Shown here: positions 58,260 to 64,000 of the stretch, one piece after another | How the letters are laid out: each line of letters begins with the position of its first letter | Position numbering within the stretch: position 1 is the stretch's first letter | Assembly (NCBI GenBank): GCA_049513055.1 | Contig: JBEKWN010000006.1 | Location: 160 to 64,159 of the forward strand | DNA: 64,000 nt | Direction: 5' to 3' | From: Thermodesulfobacteriota bacterium | GTDB taxonomy: Bacteria; Desulfobacterota; BSN033; UBA1163 | The notes under the pieces: model-generated | The model's database searches: none | What the model saw: only the letters and a program-made list of their open reading frames with translations | What the model was told of the DNA's origin: nothing | Position numbers and translations under genes: made by a program

Positions 58260-59009
58260 TTACCTCGATTGCTTCACTTCTTTGACAATGGAAGGGATGA
58301 TTTCGCCTGCGGAACCAGAGATCAGATAATCTGATATCTGATCTGTCAAGGGAGTGGGTTCCATATTGATTTCAATGACAATGGCTCCTCTTTCTTTAGC
58401 TGTAATGGGGATGGAGGCTGCTGGATAGACAACCGCCGAGGTTCCGATGGAAAGCACCACATCGCATGATTTGGATTCTTTAAATGACATGACCTGAGCT
58501 TCCCAGGGGATGGGTTCTCCAAAAAAGACGACATCGGGTTTCAAAAGCGATGAGCACCGGGAACATCGGGGAGGGAGGTCCTCCATTTTGAGGGAAGTTC
58601 CATCGATGGTGGTCGAACACTTTAAACAGGAGAGTGTCCTGTGAGTCCCATGAAATTCAATCACATTATGGCTACCCGCTGCCTGATGAAGGCCATCCAC
58701 ATTCTGAGTGATGACCGAAGAGAGCAACCCCATCCGTTCCAGTTCAGCCAACCCAATATGGGCGGGGTTTGGCTTTGCGGTCATGATGAGGGCGAACATA
58801 TCCTTGAGCATCAGCCAGACCCGGTCTGGATTTGAATAGAAGGCATGGATATGGGCATATTCCTCGGGATCATATTTTTGCCAGAGGCCCTGAGCCCCCC
58901 TGAAATCAGGAATGCCGCTCTCTACAGAAATACCTGCCCCAGTGAAAGCGATCGTCTTTTTTGAATTGAGAATATCCTTGGCCGCCCTTTGAATTAATTT
59001 GTGATCCAT
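58260..59009 (-). CDS. cobB: NAD-dependent protein deacylase (sirtuin, CobB-like)
   Basis: GAGISVESGIPDFRG; Zn-binding CxxC...CxxC. Confidence 0.85.
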   Translation of the reverse strand: MDHKLIQRAAKDILNSKKTIAFTGAGISVESGIPDFRGAQGLWQKYDPEEYAHIHAFYSNPDRVWLMLKDMFALIMTAKPNPAHIGLAELERMGLLSSVITQNVDGLHQAAGSHNVIEFHGTHRTLSCLKCSTTIDGTSLKMEDLPPRCSRCSSLLKPDVVFFGEPIPWEAQVMSFKESKSCDVVLSIGTSAVVYPAASIPITAKERGAIVIEINMEPTPLTDQISDYLISGSAGEIIPSIVKEVKQSR

Positions 59010-59111
59010 GTTTTACTCCTATTAATAGGGTTCTAGGATTCTAGGGTTCCAGGGTTCAAGTCTCTTTAGGTTTTTATTCGACCGCAAGAACCCTTGACCC
59101 CTTTCAATTCA

Positions 59112-59702
59112 TTAACTCTTTTTTCTAAAAAATTTCTTTACTAATGAGAGGGGACCTGACCGAAGCATCCCATCCCCCAAGGTTTGCCTCCTTACATTGG
59201 ACCAAGACTCCCAATGAACGATCTTCTCCAGCTCAACCCTTGGAGGGACCTCCGCATTCTCATTGGGATAACCCAGCGTGATGAGACCGATTACCTCGAT
59301 GTTCTCCGGGATCTCCAGAATCTCTTTCACCTTTGGCTCATCAAAGGCACCGATCCAACAAGTTCCAAAGCCAAGATCCGTGGCCATGATCATCATATTT
59401 GCTCCTGCTAGAGTTACATCATACCTTCCGTATTTTCCCTTTCGGGTGTCGAAACCTAGAACGAGGACCACAGGAGCCTTTCCCACATGGGATGATTTGA
59501 TAAAGAGGAATCGGGCCACCTCTCCGATTTTTCTTCTCGTCTCTTGATCGGTCACGACAATGAAGTGCCAGGGTTGGAGGTTTGCTCCAGTGGGGGCCCA
59601 CCTTCCTGTCTCGAGAATCTGTAGGAGAAGATCCTGTGGAATGGGTTTGTCTTGGTAAACCCGAATGGACCTTCGGGATTTTAACAGATTTAATATTTCC
59701 AC
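59112..59702 (-). CDS. Nitroreductase family protein
   Basis: RRSIRVY...WAPTGANLQPWHFIVV. Confidence 0.8.
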   Translation of the reverse strand: MEILNLLKSRRSIRVYQDKPIPQDLLLQILETGRWAPTGANLQPWHFIVVTDQETRRKIGEVARFLFIKSSHVGKAPVVLVLGFDTRKGKYGRYDVTLAGANMMIMATDLGFGTCWIGAFDEPKVKEILEIPENIEVIGLITLGYPNENAEVPPRVELEKIVHWESWSNVRRQTLGDGMLRSGPLSLVKKFFRKKS

Positions 59703-59714
59703 TTTAGATTTTTC

Positions 59715-60824
59715 TCAGAGCCGCCTATTTCCGGTGGAACATTCCTCCCGAGCTACAATGTCTTGATACGCCGGGATGATTCCAAATCCCTTTGCTTTGG
59801 TGACAGCTCTTTTGACTGACTCGATTAAGGCTACTTCTCCAAGAAGCCCAATGGTATTCACATCACCTTTTATCTTTCCATAGGAGATGGCAAAGATCAA
59901 ATCCCCATCGAAGGTCGTATGAAGGGGTGAGATGACTTTGGCCAAGCCCGAGTGGGCGATCTGGGCGACTTGATGTAACTCTTTTTTTGTTAGATCGGCG
60001 TTGGTTGCAATCACCCCGAGGGTTGTATTAAAAGCATTGGAATCAGAAGGTGTGATTGCTCCAAACTGTTTCCGAGTCACCCCTTGTTTCATCCACTTCG
60101 ATGAATTGGCCAATTGGGAGCTTTTCTTTGATTTCCTTGCCCCTGCTAAAATTTGATGAGAGAGAGGGTCAAGTACATCGCCGAAGGCATTGACCACAAC
60201 CAGGGCTCCTACAATGAGCCCCTTGGGCCCTTGAATACTCGAAGTCCCGACTCCACCCTTCATCGCCTGTTCGATTCCAAAAAGTTTTCCGACCGTGGCT
60301 CCTGTTCCAGCCCCAACACTTCCTTCTTCTACTTTTTTTGATGCATTAAGACAGGCCTGATATCCCATCTCGCGATCTGGCCTCACACGAAAATCACCAA
60401 TGCCAAAATCGAAAATCACAGCAGTGGGGACGATAGGAATTTTTGTCTTGACCACATCAAATCCCTTTCCCCTTTCCTCCAGATAAGCCATCACTCCTCC
60501 TGCAGCATCTAACCCAAAAGAACTACCTCCTGCTAACAGAATGGCATGGATTTTATCAACGAGATGGAGGTGGGTGAGGGCATCGATCTGCCTTGTCCCG
60601 GTTGCTGTTCCGCGGATGTCAACGGCCCCGATAGCCCCCTCTTTACAGAGGATAACGGTGCACCCCGTCAAAGCCTTGAAGTCACTGGCATGACCAGCCT
60701 TGATCCCTGGAACATCGGTAATGGCATTGAGCCTCTTCATTTGTGGGGATATTATCAAAAAGGAAGAAGCAGTGTCAATGATCCCTTTCTTTTGGAGTTT
60801 CTTCTTCAAATTATCATCGCTCAA
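59715..60824 (-). CDS. DmpA/S58-family peptidase (L-aminopeptidase/D-Ala-esterase-like)
   Basis: ITDVPGIKAGH...GSS autoprocessing-site-like motif region. Confidence 0.7.
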   Translation of the reverse strand: MSDDNLKKKLQKKGIIDTASSFLIISPQMKRLNAITDVPGIKAGHASDFKALTGCTVILCKEGAIGAVDIRGTATGTRQIDALTHLHLVDKIHAILLAGGSSFGLDAAGGVMAYLEERGKGFDVVKTKIPIVPTAVIFDFGIGDFRVRPDREMGYQACLNASKKVEEGSVGAGTGATVGKLFGIEQAMKGGVGTSSIQGPKGLIVGALVVVNAFGDVLDPLSHQILAGARKSKKSSQLANSSKWMKQGVTRKQFGAITPSDSNAFNTTLGVIATNADLTKKELHQVAQIAHSGLAKVISPLHTTFDGDLIFAISYGKIKGDVNTIGLLGEVALIESVKRAVTKAKGFGIIPAYQDIVAREECSTGNRRL

Positions 60825-60897
60825 AATTCTTTGATAAAAAGGATTCTTTCAATTATAATGGCTGAGTATTCAACAGAAGGGAAGGAGGAGATAGATA

Positions 60898-61448
60898 TGG
60901 ATCTGATGGAAGCGATCAAAGGAAGACGAAGCATTCGAAAATACAAGCCTGACCCTATTCCTGAGGACGCACTTCAAAAGATAATGGAGGCAGTTCGATG
61001 GTCTCCCTCCTGGGCCAATACCCAATGTTGGGAGGTGATTGTTGTAAAAGATCCGAAGATTAAATCCGAGTTGGCAACGGCACTTAACAAGACGAACCCA
61101 TCGCTCTCCTCAATGACTGATGCGCCGATTGTAATTGTCCTGTGTGGGAAGAAAGGAGTCTCTGGTTTTAAGAAAGGTGAGGCAGTTACAGTGAAGGGGG
61201 ATTGGGTGATGTTCGATACGGGGATTGCCATGCAGAATCTCTGTTTGGCTGCCCATTCCTTGGGTTTGGGCACAGTGATTGTGGGGAGGTTCGATCATAA
61301 AAAAGCGGAGGAAATTTTGGGAGTTCCTGAAAGCGTAGTAGTGGTGGCCATGACCCCTCTTGGATACCCAGCCACAGAAGGGAGCACTTCGAAGAGGAAA
61401 GAACCATCAGAATTTATTTTTTATGAAAAATATCATGGAACAAAATGA
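60898..61448 (+). CDS. Nitroreductase family protein
   Basis: RRSIRKY...WSPSWANTQCWEVIVV; start after GGAGG RBS. Confidence 0.8.
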
Positions 61449-61482
61449 TGGGGTTTAGATCAGAGGAGGTGGAAAAGAAGGG

Positions 61483-62688
61483 ATGACAAAAGAGGAAGTT
61501 CTTCAATCCCTTGTGGTTCAAACGGAATCGAAGTTGGTGATGGTGGTGATTGATGGGATTGGTGGATTGCCGGTCCGGGGGAAGACAGAGCTGGAAGCAG
61601 CAAAGACTCCGAACCTTGATCGAGTCACTTCAAAAGCCATCTGTGGATTGATCGATCCTGTCTCCTATGGGATCACCCCGGGAAGCGGTCCTTCCCATTT
61701 AGCCCTCTTTGGTTATGACCCGTTTCGATATGAAATTGGAAGAGGGGTGATGGAGGCATTGGGGATCGATATCCCACTGGCCAAGGACGATTTGTCAGCC
61801 AGAGGCAATTTTGCAACGATCGATGAAAAAGGAATCGTTGTCGATCGAAGAGCGGGAAGAATTCCGACCGAAAAAAACCGAGAGATTTGTGAGTTTCTCG
61901 GAAATAAAATCAAAGAGGTCGAAGGGGTTCGCATTTCTATCTATCCAGGGAAAGAGCATCGGTTCGTCCTGGTTTTTCGAGGAGAAGGATTGAGAGATGA
62001 TCTGACGGATGCCGATCCTCAGAAGGATGGGCTTAAGGCAAAAGGGACAGAAGGGCTTTCTCAGGAGGCTCGAAGGACGGCTGAGATCGTCAACCTTTAT
62101 TTGAAGAAGGCGACCGAAGTCCTCAAACCCTTTCATCCTGTCAATACGATCCTGCTCAGAGGATTTTCAAAGATTCCGCATATTCCAACCATGTCAGAGA
62201 GATTTAAACTCCGGCCCGCTGCCATTGCCACCTACCCAATGTATCGCGGACTGGCGAGGTTGGTTGGAATGGAGATTTTAAAGACAGGAGAGACCCTCCA
62301 GGAAGAAGTGGAGACCCTGAAGAAATATTTTGACCGAAATGATTTCTTTTATATTCATTTCAAAAAGCCTGATATGGCTGGAGAAGACGGAAATTTTAAA
62401 ATGAAGGTTAAAGCCATTGAGGAGATAGATCGAATTCTGCCCTTTATTTTCAAACTGAAACCTGATGTCTTAGTCATCACAGGAGACCATTCTACTCCCA
62501 CTTTCTTAAAATCTCACAGTTGGCATCCCAACCCCATTCTACTGTTTTCAAACTATGTCCGGCCAGACAGGATCCGGCGCTTCACAGAGAGAGATTGTCA
62601 GAGAGGACAATTGGGCAGGTTTCCAGCCATGGATGTCATTCCCTTGATGTTAGCCAACGGATTAAAATTAAAGAAATTTGGAGCTTAA
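61483..62688 (+). CDS. apgM: Cofactor-independent phosphoglycerate mutase, archaeal type
   Basis: MVVIDGIGG...TPNLD N-terminus and length 401 aa typical of ApgM. Confidence 0.8.
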   Translation: MTKEEVLQSLVVQTESKLVMVVIDGIGGLPVRGKTELEAAKTPNLDRVTSKAICGLIDPVSYGITPGSGPSHLALFGYDPFRYEIGRGVMEALGIDIPLAKDDLSARGNFATIDEKGIVVDRRAGRIPTEKNREICEFLGNKIKEVEGVRISIYPGKEHRFVLVFRGEGLRDDLTDADPQKDGLKAKGTEGLSQEARRTAEIVNLYLKKATEVLKPFHPVNTILLRGFSKIPHIPTMSERFKLRPAAIATYPMYRGLARLVGMEILKTGETLQEEVETLKKYFDRNDFFYIHFKKPDMAGEDGNFKMKVKAIEEIDRILPFIFKLKPDVLVITGDHSTPTFLKSHSWHPNPILLFSNYVRPDRIRRFTERDCQRGQLGRFPAMDVIPLMLANGLKLKKFGA

Positions 62689-62690
62689 GT

Positions 62691-62848
62691 GGTTGAAATT
62701 CCAATCACCAAATTCCAAATCCCAAATAAATTCCAATTCCCCAATGTTCAAATAACATAAATATTTATTAGTTTTTTGAATTTTGGTCATTGATATTTTG
62801 GTAATTATTTGATGCTTGGATTTTGGAATTTGGTTATTGAGTTTGGAA
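62691..62848. repeat. AT-rich ~150-bp imperfect palindrome (arms caccaaattccaaatcccaa / ttggattttggaatttggtta around aaatattt centre) rich in TTCCAA/TTGGAA units
   Basis: Direct reading. Confidence 0.6.
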
Positions 62849-62898
62849 GTTCAGCGAGTCAATACCCAGGTTGAATCCGCAATCCGGTTACAAATAGG

Positions 62899-63846
62899 AT
62901 GAAGACATATCGTTACCTCTACGGTCCCGTTCCTTCAAGAAGATTGGGGAGATCGCTCGGGATTGACCTCGTTCCCCATAAAATTTGCACCTATGACTGT
63001 ATCTACTGCCAAATTGGAAACACCACGGATAAAACTCTTATAAGAAAAGAATATGTTCCTGTAAAAAAAGTTCTGGAAGAAGTGAGTCGCTTTCTTAAGG
63101 AAGAGACTTCCTCCATCGATCATCTCTCCCTTTCTGGGTCTGGAGAACCAACCCTCCATTCTCAAATCCGTTCAGTGATTGAAGGAATTAAAATCATCAC
63201 CTCCATACCAATCGCTGTTCTCACCAATGGATCTTTATTCTATGAAGAAGAAGTGAGAAAAGATCTCCTCGGTGCAGATATTATTCTCCCTTCGTTAGAT
63301 GCTGTATCGTCAGAAGTTTTTATGATAATCAATCGCCCTTGCTCGGGGATTTCTATTGAAAAGGTGACTGAAGGAATGGTCGAATTTAGAAAGGTTTACA
63401 AGGGTCAGATTTGGCTGGAGATACTATTCTGTAAGGGGGTGAACGACGGCAAAGAAGAACTTTTGAAGATGAAAAAAGCCATTGATCGAATCCAACCCGA
63501 TCGTATCCACCTTAACACGGTCGTTCGACCTCCTTCTGAAAAATGGGCAACCCCTTTGAATCAAAAAGAAATAGAAAAAATCAGAGACTTTTTCGGCGAG
63601 AAGGCGGAGATCATTTCCGAATTCGATCGTCATCCATCATCGGTCTTGGAGAGGGATATTAAAGAAGAGATATTAAAGATTCTGAGAAGAAGACCTCTTT
63701 CTCTATCTGATCTCTCCAAAGGCATGGGAATTCCACAAAATGAACTGGACCAATATGTCAAGCCTCTGACCCGAGAAGGAAAGATTCAAACCAGAATTTT
63801 TGGTGGTTCGATTTACTATGAAATAGGTAAAAATCAAAGAAACTAA
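62899..63846 (+). CDS. Radical SAM protein (CTYDCIYC cluster) with C-terminal putative DNA/RNA-binding-like domain
   Basis: YGPVPSRRLGRSLGIDL...CTYDCIYC N-terminus; SGSGEPTL. Confidence 0.75.
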   Translation: MKTYRYLYGPVPSRRLGRSLGIDLVPHKICTYDCIYCQIGNTTDKTLIRKEYVPVKKVLEEVSRFLKEETSSIDHLSLSGSGEPTLHSQIRSVIEGIKIITSIPIAVLTNGSLFYEEEVRKDLLGADIILPSLDAVSSEVFMIINRPCSGISIEKVTEGMVEFRKVYKGQIWLEILFCKGVNDGKEELLKMKKAIDRIQPDRIHLNTVVRPPSEKWATPLNQKEIEKIRDFFGEKAEIISEFDRHPSSVLERDIKEEILKILRRRPLSLSDLSKGMGIPQNELDQYVKPLTREGKIQTRIFGGSIYYEIGKNQRN

Positions 63847-64000
63847 GATCTCTGAGTGGCTGATTTAATCACGATCGATCCCTTAGCGACGTCCGAAGAC
63901 TCCTTCCTGAACTCGTGATTCCTGAAAATTACCCCTCTATACAAGTTTTCAAAAGGTAATCCTTAAAAAGATAATTTTCACAAGCTTCTTCATTGATTGA

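Noticed and set aside
60546-60897. N-terminal extension of the nitroreductase ORF
   Set aside because: Overlaps the convergent DmpA-family gene; GGAGG RBS precedes ATG at 60898

Overview
This is a bacterial chromosomal segment of about 42% GC. The Gram-negative-type envelope genes (lnt, AsmA-like, MliC-like lipoprotein, Kdo/WaaP-family kinases, TatA/B, DedA) indicate a diderm host. No rRNA, tRNA or CRISPR was found. Four zones stand out. (i) 1-6.6 kb is an accessory patch. It holds a BrnT/BrnA toxin-antitoxin cassette, a DJ-1/PfpI protein, three small lipoproteins or unknowns, perfect tandem duplications, a repeated 17-bp upstream motif and a C-terminal hemW remnant. A frameshifted FAD oxidoreductase sits next to it. 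(ii) 6.7-35.7 kb mixes hydrolases, a ChaN-like protein, nitroreductase, AsmA and a GC-rich (apparently acquired) ArnT/PMT-like GT-C glycosyltransferase. It also holds a pirin gene carrying a 105-bp in-frame palindromic insert, an OmpR-type two-component system plus an orphan histidine kinase, and a GNAT/FemAB-like + ArnE/F-like + ArnB-like module. A long minus-strand operon runs ACP, KAS II, HAD phosphatase, class-III aminotransferase, hydrolase, DedA, TatA/B. (iii) 36-54.3 kb is a large envelope-glycosylation supercluster. It has four native-composition ArnT-like GT-C paralogs (one C-terminally degraded) and two GT2 (ArnC/DPM1-like) + LAB_N membrane-protein modules. It also has a Gfo/Idh/MocA + DegT aminosugar pair, a separate Gfo/Idh/MocA-like oxidoreductase fused in an operon with a radical SAM enzyme, a GT4, a twin-domain and a single Kdo/WaaP-family kinase, and ICMT-like and class I methyltransferases. 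(iv) 54.4-64 kb holds ybeY, a 7TM-HD (PgpH/YqfF-like) gene, phoH, a sirtuin, two nitroreductases, a DmpA-family peptidase, archaeal-type iPGM and a radical SAM gene. The most notable non-coding signal is a recurrent box with core AAGATT(R)A(R)GAA, often followed by TCATCTAAATT. It sits upstream of the TCS operon, the orphan HK, the GNAT module and in the divergent ACP / GT-C promoter, which suggests one regulon controlling an expanded Arn-like envelope modification system. All domain calls are from motif recognition by eye; no database was searched.
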